64,000 nt of DNA from Abditibacteriaceae bacterium (GCA_965277285.1 OZ255721.1:3764132-3828131); one strand, 5' to 3'; counted from the first letter of the stretch, positions 41,812-52,126 are shown. Notes: a model not told the origin generated them from the letters alone. Made by a program: numbers and translations.

Positions 41812-41834
41812 GGGTTAACCCTTGTGGTTACCCT
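41808..41834. repeat. REP at RAYT 3' end
   Basis: GTAGGGGTTAACCCTTGTGGTTACCC overlapping the stop codon. Confidence 0.75.
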
Positions 41835-41898
41835 GATACCGTTGCCCCAACACCATTGCCCGAATTCTCTATCAGTACCTTGATCCACCCGTACCAAA

Positions 41899-42951
41899 AT
41901 GAACTTTCAAATCCTCGCTACCAAAGGCCAGGCGCGCGCCGGTCTTCTCACTTTGCCGCACGGAACCATTGAAACGCCGGTTTTTATGCCAGTCGGCACG
42001 CTCGCCAATGTCAAAACCTTGATGCCCGCCGAAGTCGAAGCGACCGGCGCCAGCATCATTCTCAACAACGCGTTTCACATTTATCTTCGCCCTGGCGCCG
42101 ACATTATCCAAGCTGCTGGCGGACTGCATAATTTTCAAAACTGGCACAAGCCGATTTTGACTGACAGCGGCGGTTTTCAGGTTTTTTCTCTGGCGAAGCT
42201 GCGCAAAATCACCGATGAAGGCGTGCATTTTCAGTCGCCGATTGACGGCTCGAAACATTTTTTTACGCCCGAAAGCGTCATTCAACTGGAAGAAGTTTTG
42301 GGGCCGGACATCGCCATGATTTTGGACGACGTGATCGCGTTGCCCGCGACTTATGACCAAACCACCAAAGCGATGAGAAGAAGTGTGGCGTGGGCGAAAC
42401 GTGCATCGAGTACTCGAACGCGCGCCGATCAAGCGGTTTTTGGCATCGTACAAGGTGGCTTGCACGAAGATTTGCGCATCGAATCGGCGCAGTCCACAGT
42501 TGAAATCGGCTTCGATGGTTACGCGATTGGCGGTCTGAGCGTTGGCGAACCACCCGAAGAAATGTACCCGATGGTCGAAGTTTGCACGAATGTTTTGCCA
42601 TCTGAAAAGCCGCGTTATTTGATGGGCGTCGGCACGCCGCGCGACTTGAAAGAAGCGGTGGCGCGCGGCGTCGATATGTTCGATTGCGTCCTGCCGACGC
42701 GACTCGCGCGCCACAACGTCGCCATCTTGGAAGACGAACAATTAAATATGTTGAACGCGCGCTTCAAAACTGATTTCGCGCCGATTAGCGAAAGTTGTGG
42801 ATGTCCGACCTGTCGCGGTTTTACGCGCGCTTACATTCATCACTTGTGCAAGTGCAAAGAAATTTTAGGCGCGCGCCTTTTGACCTTACATAACTTGACG
42901 TTTTATCAGGCGTTGATGCGGCGTTTGCGAACGGAGATTTTAGCGGGTTGA
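41899..42951 (+). CDS. tgt: tRNA-guanine transglycosylase
   Basis: TPVFMPVGT, LTDSGGFQ, YLMGVG, DMFDCV, CxCxxC zinc site. Confidence 0.96.
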   Translation: MNFQILATKGQARAGLLTLPHGTIETPVFMPVGTLANVKTLMPAEVEATGASIILNNAFHIYLRPGADIIQAAGGLHNFQNWHKPILTDSGGFQVFSLAKLRKITDEGVHFQSPIDGSKHFFTPESVIQLEEVLGPDIAMILDDVIALPATYDQTTKAMRRSVAWAKRASSTRTRADQAVFGIVQGGLHEDLRIESAQSTVEIGFDGYAIGGLSVGEPPEEMYPMVEVCTNVLPSEKPRYLMGVGTPRDLKEAVARGVDMFDCVLPTRLARHNVAILEDEQLNMLNARFKTDFAPISESCGCPTCRGFTRAYIHHLCKCKEILGARLLTLHNLTFYQALMRRLRTEILAG

Positions 42952-43044
42952 ACAACGTTGAACAATCAAGAACGAATATCTATGCGGCAACGTTCAAGTC
43001 TGGCTCCCTTGCATTAATAACCCGTGGTGCGGGTCTACGCTGTG

Positions 43045-43180
43045 CCTGCGAGTGAACTCGCGGCTCGGCCCATTTTACGCGATAAAGTCGGCCTTGGCCG
43101 ACTACAAATCGGAACTGTTCAGTCGGCGCAGGCCGACTTTGTCCTCCGCAGGAGGCCCAGCCTGCGAGTTCACTCGCAGG
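43045..43180. repeat. 136-bp nested-hairpin element, family D, upstream of ftsZ
   Basis: Terminal arms CCTGCGAGTGAACTCGC / GCGAGTTCACTCGCAGG, internal GTCGGCGCAGGCCGAC; related copy at 44496-44631. Confidence 0.75.
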
Positions 43181-43245
43181 GCAGTTGCAACTATTTCGAG
43201 TACTCGATTTCCTGTTCTTGGCGTCGCTGCGCTTCAATTTTTAAG

Positions 43246-43275
43246 TTGACTTAAAGCGCTTCATCATCCTATAAT
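43246..43275 (+). promoter_or_regulatory. sigma70-like promoter of ftsZ
   Basis: TTGACT-18 nt-TATAAT. Confidence 0.65.
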
Positions 43276-43328
43276 AGGTGGATTGATTTGGTCAAAATGT
43301 GTTGTTTGGATTTTCAGGAGTACTCGAC

Positions 43329-44426
43329 ATGGCACTGGGACGCGCGGGCGGATACGCGAGCATTAAAGTGATTGGCATTGGCGGCGGTGGCTCGAACGCT
43401 GTCAATCGTATGATAGAAGCCGGACTTTCGGGCGTTGATTTTATTACCGTCAACACCGACAAACAAGCGCTCGATCTTTCGGGCGCGCAAACCAAAATAC
43501 AAATTGGCGCCGCTGTGACTGCCGGATTGGGCGCGGGCGGCAATCCCGAAATGGGGCATCGCAGCGCCGAAGAATCGCGCGATGAATTATCGGAAGCTGT
43601 CGCCAAAAGCGATCTCGTTTTTATTACGGCTGGTTTGGGCGGCGGAACCGGCACCGGCGCAGCGCCCGTTATTGCGGAAATTGCCAAGCAAAGCGGCGCT
43701 TTAACGGTCGCCATCGTGACGAAACCGTTTGGCTTTGAAGGCCATTCGCGCAAGACCAATGCTGACATCGGCGTCGAAAAACTGCGCAATTCGGTCGATA
43801 CCTTCATCGTTTTGCCGAACGACAAATTGCTGGAAGTCCTCGAAAAGAAAACGCCGATTCGTCAGGCGTTTTTGAAAGCGGATGACATTGTGCGTCAGGG
43901 CGTGCAAGGCATTTCCGATTTGATTACAGTTCCTGGCGAAATCAACCTTGATTACGCCGACATCAAAACCGTGATGCAGGACGCGGGAACCGCTTTGATG
44001 GGCATCGGCTCTGGTCAGGGCGAGCGTCGCGCGGCGGATGCGGCTCTTGAAGCGATCTCCAGTCCGTTGCTGGAAAGCTCGATTGTCGGCGCGCGCAAGC
44101 TGCTCATCAACGTGACGGCGGGTGACGATCTGGCGATTGGCGAAGTCGAAGAAATTGTGCGCATCGTGCGTGAAGCCGCCGATGTGGACGAAGCGAACGT
44201 GTTCTGGGGATTGGCGTTCAACCCGCTGATGGAAAACGAAGTGCGCGTCACGGTTGTGGCGACCGGCTTTGATAAACCGGCTTCCGCGCCGCAAACCAGC
44301 TCGTTCGGATTGGCTTCGAGCGCGCCGTCCGCCTTCAACGGTGGACAACCGGCAGGTCGTCCCAGCGCGCCCAAAGTCGACGAAATTGACATCGACGTGC
44401 CCAGCTTTCTGCGTCGCGGCTCGTGA
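43329..44426 (+). CDS. ftsZ: Cell division protein FtsZ
   Basis: [27 protein letters not shown]-terminal [13 protein letters not shown] before ATG 43329. Confidence 0.98.
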   Translation: MALGRAGGYASIKVIGIGGGGSNAVNRMIEAGLSGVDFITVNTDKQALDLSGAQTKIQIGAAVTAGLGAGGNPEMGHRSAEESRDELSEAVAKSDLVFITAGLGGGTGTGAAPVIAEIAKQSGALTVAIVTKPFGFEGHSRKTNADIGVEKLRNSVDTFIVLPNDKLLEVLEKKTPIRQAFLKADDIVRQGVQGISDLITVPGEINLDYADIKTVMQDAGTALMGIGSGQGERRAADAALEAISSPLLESSIVGARKLLINVTAGDDLAIGEVEEIVRIVREAADVDEANVFWGLAFNPLMENEVRVTVVATGFDKPASAPQTSSFGLASSAPSAFNGGQPAGRPSAPKVDEIDIDVPSFLRRGS

Positions 44427-44455
44427 TTTTTAGCATGTAACATTAGCATGTAACA

Positions 44456-44488
44456 AACAACGAGTACTCAATTCGAGTACTCGTTGTT
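44456..44488 (+). terminator. Double-GAGTACTC hairpin after ftsZ
   Basis: AACAACGAGTACTC-AATTC-GAGTACTCGTTGTT followed by GTGTTTT. Confidence 0.7.
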
Positions 44489-44495
44489 GTGTTTT

Positions 44496-44631
44496 GCCAG
44501 CGAATGAATTTGCGACTGGACTCGCTATGCGTGCGGCGTCGGCCTGCGCCGAGGCAAAAGTAATTCATCCCAGCGTCGGCGCAGGCCGATGCCGCGGCGA
44601 ACGCCGCCCAGCCGCGAGTTCACTCACTGGC
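44496..44631. repeat. 136-bp nested-hairpin element, family D, downstream of ftsZ
   Basis: GCCAGCGAATGAATTTGCG ... GTCGGCGCAGGCCGA ... CGCGAGTTCACTCACTGGC. Confidence 0.7.
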
Positions 44632-44684
44632 GTTCCAGTACTCGATTTCTCTCGGTGTTCTGTGTCTTTGTAGTTCAACAACTT

Positions 44685-45398
44685 ATGAAAACAATTGGCA
44701 TCACGACTTCGCAAAACTCCTGGCCACAGGACGAAGACGGGCAGGGACGTTTGCAGGCTTACATCAATGCGATCAGCGATGCGAACGCGCAGGCTGAACC
44801 GTTGTGGCTCGACCTGGACGAAAGCGAAATGGCAGAACGCGCCGAAAAAGTCGCCGCGCAAATGGATGGTTTATTGATCAGCGGCGGCGCCGACTTGCCG
44901 CCACACATGTACGGCGAAGAGATTTTGCCGGACGCTGGCGTTGAACTGATTCAAAGCGCGCGGCCTCATTATGAACTGGCGCTGGTCAACGCGTTCGTCG
45001 CGCGCGACAAGCCGATTCTGGGCATTTGTTACGGCTGCCAGTTCCTCAATGTGTGGCGCGGCGGCAGTTTGATTCAGGACATTCCCAGCCAATGGCCAGA
45101 CGCGATTGCGCATTCCAGCGAGCGCGGCAACATTCCGCACAGCGTTCGAGTACTCGAAGATACGAAATTGCATCGTATCGTGCAAACCGACGAGTTTGAA
45201 ATTATTTCGTCGCACCATCAAGCGATGTCGCGTTTGGGAAATGGCGCTTCGACTTCGGCGTTCGCGCCCGACCGTTTGGCCGAAGCCGTAGAATTTGATG
45301 ACGAAGCGTGGATCCTCGGCGTGCAATGGCATCCCGAACGCACGCGCGACAGTGAACCGTCACGACGACTTTTTGAAGCGTTCGTGAATAGAAAATGA
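44685..45398 (+). CDS. Peptidase C26 / gamma-glutamyl-gamma-aminobutyrate hydrolase family
   Basis: GLLISGGAD, LGICYG, SSHHQA, GVQWHPE. Confidence 0.9.
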   Translation: MKTIGITTSQNSWPQDEDGQGRLQAYINAISDANAQAEPLWLDLDESEMAERAEKVAAQMDGLLISGGADLPPHMYGEEILPDAGVELIQSARPHYELALVNAFVARDKPILGICYGCQFLNVWRGGSLIQDIPSQWPDAIAHSSERGNIPHSVRVLEDTKLHRIVQTDEFEIISSHHQAMSRLGNGASTSAFAPDRLAEAVEFDDEAWILGVQWHPERTRDSEPSRRLFEAFVNRK

Positions 45399-45430
45399 GG
45401 AATGATGAATAGAATGACACTGACAGCTTG

Positions 45431-45492
45431 GTCATTCTGAGTGAAACGAAGAATCTAACTCCAATTAGATTCTTCGCTGCGCTCAAGATGAC
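45431..45492. repeat. Palindromic element, family C
   Basis: GTCATTCTGAGTGAAACGAAGAATCT ... AGATTCTTCGCTGCGCTCAAGATGAC. Confidence 0.8.
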
Positions 45493-45529
45493 AAGCCGCG
45501 AACTCGGTTTATTCATCATTCCGTGTTCA

Positions 45530-45784
45530 TCATTTCAAGAGGCTGCGTTCACGCAAAACTTCTTCCAGGCGTTGCATTGGCGGGTTGACCAAATGCAGGC
45601 CGCCGATGTCGAAGGTTGGGCGAATCGATCGGCCATTGTTCCAGGTGGCAATAAGTTGTTCCGCGGCGGGATCGTCGTCCACATCAACGTATTGATAGGC
45701 GACGCCCAAATTGTCCAGGTGGCGCATGGCGCGCTGCGTGTAGCCGCACCAATTGGAGCCGTACATGATAATTTCGTTGGGCAT
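45530..45784 (-). CDS. Glutaredoxin/mycoredoxin-like protein (WCGYT)
   Basis: MYGSNWCGYT, NNGRSIRPT, LVNP. Confidence 0.8.
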   Translation of the reverse strand: MPNEIIMYGSNWCGYTQRAMRHLDNLGVAYQYVDVDDDPAAEQLIATWNNGRSIRPTFDIGGLHLVNPPMQRLEEVLRERSLLK

Positions 45785-45894
45785 TCGAGTACTCGATGAA
45801 AGCAAGATAAAGTAAGCTGTCGAACGGAGAATACTCGATGTTCTATCGGGCGTGCAAGTGCGCGGCTATAATGAAAGGCGAACTTCGGAGGACG

Positions 45895-46839
45895 ATGATG
45901 AAAAATTTCAAGCCCGTTATGTGTCTCGCTGTTTTTGGTGCTTGCCTGTCGCCGCAACTCGCACGTCCGGCACGCGCCGGTGAAACCTCGACGGTCGAAG
46001 ATTCCGCTGCGTATAAAAATGCGCGTTCGCGTCTGATTACTCTCGACTTTTCTGGGGAAGCAAATGTCGTTGATGTTTTGCCGATGGTCGCGCGCGAAGC
46101 CGAGGTGCGACTTATTCTCGGCGAAAACGTGACCGGCACTTTGCCGAAGTTCGCTTTGCACGACGTAACGGGCAAACAAGCCGTCGAAGCTATCGCGCGC
46201 ATGGCGAAATTGCCTTTTCTCGCATTGGACGAGCGCACGTTTGTTGTCGGCAACGCCGATCAAAATGCGATTGCTGCGGCCAAAAATGCGATTGTCGCTG
46301 AACAAGCGCGAGTTCAGGCTGAACTTTCAAAGCCGCACGTCAACATTTCGCGCACGGTGAGGTTGTCGCTTGATATTCGCAATACCAATGCGCAAGCCGT
46401 TTTGCAGCAAATTGCCGATGAAGGCGGCTTGCGTTTGATATTTGTCGACTCGCCCGATTTTACTATCACGCGCTTGCAAATCGCTGATGTCACGCCCGAA
46501 GCGGCTATTCAATGGGTTGCGAACATGGCCAAATTCAACGCCATTCCGATGACATCCGAGGAAAGTGGAAAAGACGTTCGCGGTTTTCTAATTCGCAGCA
46601 ATCGCGCGTATATTCCTGCGCCGTCAATTTCTATTCTGCCGAGTCCGCGCGACAAAGTGCAGGAAATGGATCCGATGCTCGTCACACCGCCACGAAACCG
46701 CACTTATTCGGGACTTTTGCCCAAGCCGGAAAAGGTTCCGATGCCCGGCACCCAAGGTTTGCAAGAACCGGAATATGACTTTCTGCAAAACGGCGTTCCA
46801 CCAGAATCCATTCCGCAAAACGTTGTGCCGCAAAAATAA
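45895..46839 (+). CDS. Exported hypothetical protein with two STN/secretin-N-like repeats
   Basis: Signal peptide; two similar ~70-aa units (ITLDF..DVL.. and LSLDI..AVL..); start uncertain. Confidence 0.55.
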   Translation: MMKNFKPVMCLAVFGACLSPQLARPARAGETSTVEDSAAYKNARSRLITLDFSGEANVVDVLPMVAREAEVRLILGENVTGTLPKFALHDVTGKQAVEAIARMAKLPFLALDERTFVVGNADQNAIAAAKNAIVAEQARVQAELSKPHVNISRTVRLSLDIRNTNAQAVLQQIADEGGLRLIFVDSPDFTITRLQIADVTPEAAIQWVANMAKFNAIPMTSEESGKDVRGFLIRSNRAYIPAPSISILPSPRDKVQEMDPMLVTPPRNRTYSGLLPKPEKVPMPGTQGLQEPEYDFLQNGVPPESIPQNVVPQK

Positions 46840-46874
46840 CAATCGAGTACTCGATTCCCGCGTTGCCTTTTTCT

Positions 46875-47744
46875 ATGACACGTTTTGCGCGCTGGACAAA
46901 CGGCGCTTTGTGCGGATTATTCGCTTATGCGTTGCTCGAACCGCAACGTTTGACGGTGCGGCGTTTCAACGTCGAAATGGCGCATTTGCCGGACGACGCG
47001 GACGGTTTGCGCATCGTGCAATTGTCGGATTTTCATCGTTCGGCGCTGACCTCCAGCCAGATTGTGCGGCGCTCCGTTGATTTGGCGAACGCGCAAAAAC
47101 CGGATGTCATCGTTTTGACTGGCGATTTTCTTTCGCGCCCCGATTCGTATTCGACGTTTCTCTTCGCTTCGCGCTGGGCGAAATCGCCGCAATTTTACGC
47201 GCAGGACATTGCGCGCGAACTTGGTCGTTTGCGCGCGCCTGAAGGTGTTTGGGCGGTGCATGGAAATCACGATGCGTGCGCCGGAGGTTTCGCGGCTTTG
47301 GATGATTTGCTGGAACGTTGCGGCGTGCGCGTGCTAACCAATTCGAGTACTCGAATCCGCGAAATGCCTTTTATTGGATTAGATGATTTGCGCATCGGAC
47401 GCGTGAAGGTTCGGCGTGCGTGCGCGGGAATCGAAGGTGACGTAGCGCAAGTTGTTCTCAGTCACAATCCGCGTGTCTTGCCGTTGTTCAAAGAACGTAA
47501 CGCGCTGGTTTTGGCCGGACACACGCACAGCGGACAAGTGCATTTGCCGTTTTCGCGCTTTCGTCGCCGACCTTTCGATATGCGCGGCAGCGAGTGGAGC
47601 GAAGGCTGGTATCAGGACGAGAAAGCGCGAATGTATGTCAATGCGGGCGTCGGCAGCGTGCATTTTCCGGTTCGTTTTCTATGCCCGCCAGAAATTACGG
47701 TTTTTACGTTGAAAAAGGGAACACGGACTTCGTTCACGGATTGA
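46875..47744 (+). CDS. Metallophosphoesterase
   Basis: SDFH, TGD, GNHD, SHNP, GHTH. Confidence 0.9.
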   Translation: MTRFARWTNGALCGLFAYALLEPQRLTVRRFNVEMAHLPDDADGLRIVQLSDFHRSALTSSQIVRRSVDLANAQKPDVIVLTGDFLSRPDSYSTFLFASRWAKSPQFYAQDIARELGRLRAPEGVWAVHGNHDACAGGFAALDDLLERCGVRVLTNSSTRIREMPFIGLDDLRIGRVKVRRACAGIEGDVAQVVLSHNPRVLPLFKERNALVLAGHTHSGQVHLPFSRFRRRPFDMRGSEWSEGWYQDEKARMYVNAGVGSVHFPVRFLCPPEITVFTLKKGTRTSFTD

Positions 47745-47950
47745 ACGGGTTTGCACGGATCAGAAAACGACGGATTACTTGAGCGCATTCAGCACTCGGA
47801 TATTCCAGCTTTGTCATTCTGAGCGGAGCGAAGAATCTTATTGCAGTTAGATTCTTCGCTCCGCTCAGAATGACAAACTCTTACTATGTGAAGAACTCGA
47901 TTTTTTTGCTCTGTGCAAACCCGTTCAATCCGTGAACGAAGTCCGTGTTC
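47719..47950. repeat. Perfect 38-bp inverted repeats enclosing a family C hairpin
   Basis: GAACACGGACTTCGTTCACGGATTGAACGGGTTTGCAC at 47719-47756 and its exact reverse complement at 47913-47950. Confidence 0.85.
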
Positions 47951-47969
47951 TAACCTTAAAAGGAGATTT

Positions 47970-48800
47970 ATGAATACAACCATCAAAACACCGCGTCGCG
48001 TGTCAGTTTCAAGTTGGAGTTTGCATCGCACGCTGGGCGCGCCCGCTTTTTATGGCGTCGGGCAAGAAATTCCAACGGCTTCGCACAACAGCAGCGCGGT
48101 TTCTCTGCTGGAACTTCCGGCGAAGTTAAAGGCTTTCGGCATCAACACGATGGAGATTTGTCACTTTCATCTGCCTTCGCGCGATGAAGAATATTTGCAC
48201 CAATTGCGCGCCGCATTAGATGAAAATGGCATCGAATTGTGGTCGTTTTTGATTGACGAAGGCGACATTACGCATCCCGAAAATGGCGAGCGCGATGCGC
48301 AATGGATCGCCGATTGGTTTCCCGTTGCCGAAAAGTTAGGCGCGCAGCGCGTTCGCATTATCGCGGGAAAAGGCGAGCCGACGGATGAAAATATCCAACG
48401 CAGCGCGCAACAATTGCAGAAATTAGCGCAGAAAGCCAAGTCGCACAATCTGCGCGTGATGACGGAAAACTGGTTCAATTTATTATCAACGCCAAATCGA
48501 GTACTCGAATTGTTCGCAAAGCTGAACGGCGAACTGGGTTTGTGCCTCGACTTCGGTAATTGGGGCGAAAGTAATAAATACGAAAGGCTGGCGCAAATCG
48601 CGCATTTGGCCCAATCGTGCCACGCCAAAGCTGAGTTCTTCGACGAAAACACCTTGAACGAAGACGACTACACGCGTTGTCTCGATTTACTGAAGAACGC
48701 CGATTTTAGTGGCCCTTATACGCTCATCAACGGCACGCCGGGCGATGAATGGAGCGGCCTGGAAATGGAAAAGGAAGTCGTCGAACGTTACTTGTCATAA
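47970..48800 (+). CDS. Sugar phosphate isomerase/epimerase (TIM barrel)
   Basis: TENW, LDFGN, HAK; AGGAG upstream. Confidence 0.8.
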   Translation: MNTTIKTPRRVSVSSWSLHRTLGAPAFYGVGQEIPTASHNSSAVSLLELPAKLKAFGINTMEICHFHLPSRDEEYLHQLRAALDENGIELWSFLIDEGDITHPENGERDAQWIADWFPVAEKLGAQRVRIIAGKGEPTDENIQRSAQQLQKLAQKAKSHNLRVMTENWFNLLSTPNRVLELFAKLNGELGLCLDFGNWGESNKYERLAQIAHLAQSCHAKAEFFDENTLNEDDYTRCLDLLKNADFSGPYTLINGTPGDEWSGLEMEKEVVERYLS

Positions 48801-48862
48801 AGCCGATGAACACGAACTAAGGACGTTAGCGTAACTTTCTCAGGACAAGTTACAATCACTTT

Positions 48863-49432
48863 ATGGTTCTTTCTGATGTCGATTTGCAAAAGGCGCTGGA
48901 AAGCGGTGAAATCCAGATTTCGCCCGCGCCTGATTTAGAAACTCAAATGGGCGCCTGTTCGCTCGATTTGCGCCTGGGCAACGAGTTTCGCGTTTTTGAA
49001 CGCGCGCGCACCGCTTTTATCGACCCGCGTGAAACCATTGATTGGGATTCGTTTACGCGCCTGGTTAAAGTCGAAGAAGGCGAGCAATTTATTATGCACC
49101 CGCAGGAATTGGTGCTCGCTTCGACCATCGAAAACATCAGTTTGCCGGCAAACATTCTGGGACGCCTGGAAGGTCGCTCGTCGCTTGGGCGCTTGGGAAT
49201 TATCGTACATGGAACGGCGCCGCTTTTTTTCCCCGGTTTTCAAGGTTGCGCCGTGATGGAACTGGGCAACATCGGCCCGATGCCAGTTGCGCTGTATCCC
49301 GGAATGCGCATTTGCGCTTTTACGTTCGAGCGTTTGTCTTCGCCATCGTCGCGGCCTTACAAAGGCAAATACAGTGGACAAAGTGGCCCCGTCGGTTCGC
49401 GTTTGCAGCGCGACGACGAAATGAAAAAATGA
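48863..49432 (+). CDS. dcd: dCTP deaminase
   Basis: SLDLRLG, EGRSSLGRLG, MELGN, LYPGMRIC, GKYSGQ. Confidence 0.93.
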   Translation: MVLSDVDLQKALESGEIQISPAPDLETQMGACSLDLRLGNEFRVFERARTAFIDPRETIDWDSFTRLVKVEEGEQFIMHPQELVLASTIENISLPANILGRLEGRSSLGRLGIIVHGTAPLFFPGFQGCAVMELGNIGPMPVALYPGMRICAFTFERLSSPSSRPYKGKYSGQSGPVGSRLQRDDEMKK

Positions 49433-49647
49433 GTTACTTGTCGATTTCCGAACAGCAAAAACTCGATTTGGCGCACGAGGAACTGAAAGACGTCGAACTA
49501 AAACTGCGCGCAATGCGCAAGGTTCTCAACCGCGATTGGGAGCAAATGTCGCCGCGCGATCGATCCGCACAAAGCCGCATCGTCAAAGAGTTCGAGCAAC
49601 AACGCCAAACTTTGCGAGAAACCATCGAAACTATTGGCGGCTCGTGA
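49429..49647 (+). CDS. Small coiled-coil hypothetical protein
   Basis: ATGA overlap with dcd stop. Confidence 0.6.
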   Translation: MSYLSISEQQKLDLAHEELKDVELKLRAMRKVLNRDWEQMSPRDRSAQSRIVKEFEQQRQTLRETIETIGGS

Positions 49648-49692
49648 AAGCGCGCTATCGAGTACTCGATATATGTTGGTCGCTTCGTTATT

Positions 49693-49977
49693 ATGCTTCA
49701 AGCCGTTGTCTCATTCTTCGCAATTTTCCTGGTTTGGATGGTTTGGGTGGTTGCTTGCGCTGGGGAAAGTCCTTCGGGCAGCACTTCCATACTTCCTGGC
49801 ATTCCCATTCTTCCGCTTTTCTTTTGGGGCGTTTTGCTCGTCCTCAATGCCATCAAACCGAATCTGGGGAATTATGTGATTGGCGCATTTCATGTTATGT
49901 TGCTCCTTTGGTTTCTTTTGAGCATTCGTAAATCATTGTCAACGTTGACAACGAAGCGACCTGAGAGGCCGAAATAA
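49693..49977 (+). CDS. Small membrane protein
   Basis: Three hydrophobic segments. Confidence 0.45.
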   Translation: MLQAVVSFFAIFLVWMVWVVACAGESPSGSTSILPGIPILPLFFWGVLLVLNAIKPNLGNYVIGAFHVMLLLWFLLSIRKSLSTLTTKRPERPK

Positions 49978-50130
49978 AAAGCGGACGCACTGGAAGAAGA
50001 TTTCGAGTAAGAACGTTGAAGCAGAGAATCGAGTACTCGAAACCCGCGCAACGCAAAGGCCGGTCAAGCGTCGCGCCCTTGTTGCAATTAAAATAGAGTG
50101 CAGGAAAGCACCATTGTGGAGAAAACAAAG

Positions 50131-51600
50131 ATGACCGCTGTGTTTGAAAAGCAAGAAAAAACGGGCGAACAATTAGTCGCCGACATCGACGCCAACCTGA
50201 TGGATTACAAAGTCGCGGATATTTCCCTCGCCGAATGGGGACGCAAAGAGATCACCATCGCCGAGCACGAAATGCCCGGCCTGATGGCAATTCGTCGCAA
50301 GCACGCCGCGCAAAAACCGTTGCAAGGCGTGCGCATTACCGGCTCGTTGCACATGACGATTCAAACCGCCGTCTTAATCGAAACGCTGGCCGAACTGGGC
50401 GCCGATGTGCGCTGGGCGAGCTGTAACATTTTTTCGACACAAGATCATGCAGCAGCCGCGATTGCGCAAAGTGGCGTTCCGGTTTTCGCATGGAAAGGCG
50501 AAACGCTCGAAGAATATTGGTGGTGCACCAATCAGGCGATTTCATTCCCTGACGGCAAAGGCCCGCAACTCGTCGTCGACGATGGCGGCGATGTCACGCT
50601 GTTTTTGCACAAAGGCTTGGAACTGGAAAACGGCAGCAAATGGGTCGATGAACCCGCTTCGAGTACCGAAGAAGGCGTTATCAAGAACTTGTTGAAGCAG
50701 ATTCACAGTGAAACCCCGACGCGCTTCAAAGAAATCGTCCAGGAATGGCGCGGCGTTTCAGAAGAAACCACGACCGGCGTGCACCGACTGTACAAAATGC
50801 AATCGGATGGCAGCTTGCTCGTTCCGGCGATCAACGTCAACGATTCCGTCACCAAATCGAAGTTCGACAATCTTTATGGTTGCCGCGAATCTTTGGCGGA
50901 CGGCATCAAGCGCGCGACCGATGTCATGCTGGCCGGCAAAGTCGCGGTGGTTTGTGGTTATGGCGATGTCGGCAAAGGTTCGGCGCAAAGTCTGCGTGGT
51001 ATGGGCGCGCGCGTTATCATCACGGAAATCGACCCGATTAACGCGTTGCAAGCGGCGATGGAAGGTTATCAAGTGACGACGCTTGAAGACACGTTGGGCT
51101 GGGGCGACATTTATGTCACGACGACTGGCAACGTCGACATTATCACCTTTGAGCATATGGCGAAGATGAAAGATCAGGCGATTGTCTGCAACATCGGCCA
51201 CTTCGACAACGAAATTCAAGTTGAAAAACTCAACGATGCGCCGGGTGTTTCACGCTTGAACATCAAGCCGCAAGTCGATCAATATACGTTTCCCGATGGT
51301 CACGCGATTTTTATGCTGGCCGAAGGTCGTCTGGTCAATTTGGGTTGCGCGACGGGACATCCCAGTTTCGTGATGTCGGCGAGTTTTGCAAATCAGGTTT
51401 TGGCGCAGCTCGATTTATGGGAAAAGCGCGACACCTACAAAGTCGGCGTTTACGTGCTGCCCAAAGCGTTGGATGAAGAAGTGGCGCGCTTGCACCTGGA
51501 GAAAATAGGCGTCAAATTGACGACCTTGACGCCGCAGCAAGCCGACTATATCGGCGTTTCAGTCGATGGGCCGTATAAAGCCGACTCGTATCGTTATTAA
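50131..51600 (+). CDS. ahcY: Adenosylhomocysteinase
   Basis: [45 protein letters not shown]. Confidence 0.98.
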   Translation: MTAVFEKQEKTGEQLVADIDANLMDYKVADISLAEWGRKEITIAEHEMPGLMAIRRKHAAQKPLQGVRITGSLHMTIQTAVLIETLAELGADVRWASCNIFSTQDHAAAAIAQSGVPVFAWKGETLEEYWWCTNQAISFPDGKGPQLVVDDGGDVTLFLHKGLELENGSKWVDEPASSTEEGVIKNLLKQIHSETPTRFKEIVQEWRGVSEETTTGVHRLYKMQSDGSLLVPAINVNDSVTKSKFDNLYGCRESLADGIKRATDVMLAGKVAVVCGYGDVGKGSAQSLRGMGARVIITEIDPINALQAAMEGYQVTTLEDTLGWGDIYVTTTGNVDIITFEHMAKMKDQAIVCNIGHFDNEIQVEKLNDAPGVSRLNIKPQVDQYTFPDGHAIFMLAEGRLVNLGCATGHPSFVMSASFANQVLAQLDLWEKRDTYKVGVYVLPKALDEEVARLHLEKIGVKLTTLTPQQADYIGVSVDGPYKADSYRY

Positions 51601-51624
51601 ATCGAGTACTCGATTGGATGTCTC

Positions 51625-51656
51625 AAGCCGCGCGAAGAAGCTTTTCGCGCGGCTTT
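51625..51656 (+). terminator. Intrinsic terminator after ahcY
   Basis: AAGCCGCGCGAA-loop-TTCGCGCGGCTTT. Confidence 0.7.
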
Positions 51657-52126
51657 GACTTTGTGTGGCTTCAGGTTGGCGCGCGCGTATTTTCCAAGCT
51701 AAGTTCTATGTTGTTTTTTTACAATAGTTAGCGTGACTTATGATAAAATAAGGCGAATAACAAAAAACGTTTAAGAAAAAGTTAAGATTTGGTGCTTTGT
51801 GGTAGAAGTACAGAAGTAGCATGGAACGAGAAATTTGAAGGTTTCGATGATGAAAACCTTTCTGATTGCTGCTACAATATTGGATTTTCGGTTCGGCCTT
51901 TTACCCTACCTGGCTACATAAATACAGCAGTTCAACCTTACAAGTTTGGATCCTCATATCTTATTCAACGCAAAGCAGTGCAGAGACATCCGAAGCGGCC
52001 AAGTACGCTTTGAAAGTTGATTTTTCCACAATGCCTGCATCGTTATCGTCTTCACTGATTCCTTCACAGGAACATAAAGCTACATCCAGTACTGGATAAG
52101 CGCTACGTATTTACTCACGCACTTTC

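Noticed and set aside
49980..50130. SAH riboswitch upstream of ahcY
   Set aside because: I could not match the conserved SAH riboswitch elements by eye; an Infernal search would be needed.
51789..52099. Small ORFs in the AT-rich region
   Set aside because: Weak starts, overlapping frames and no motifs; probably non-coding.
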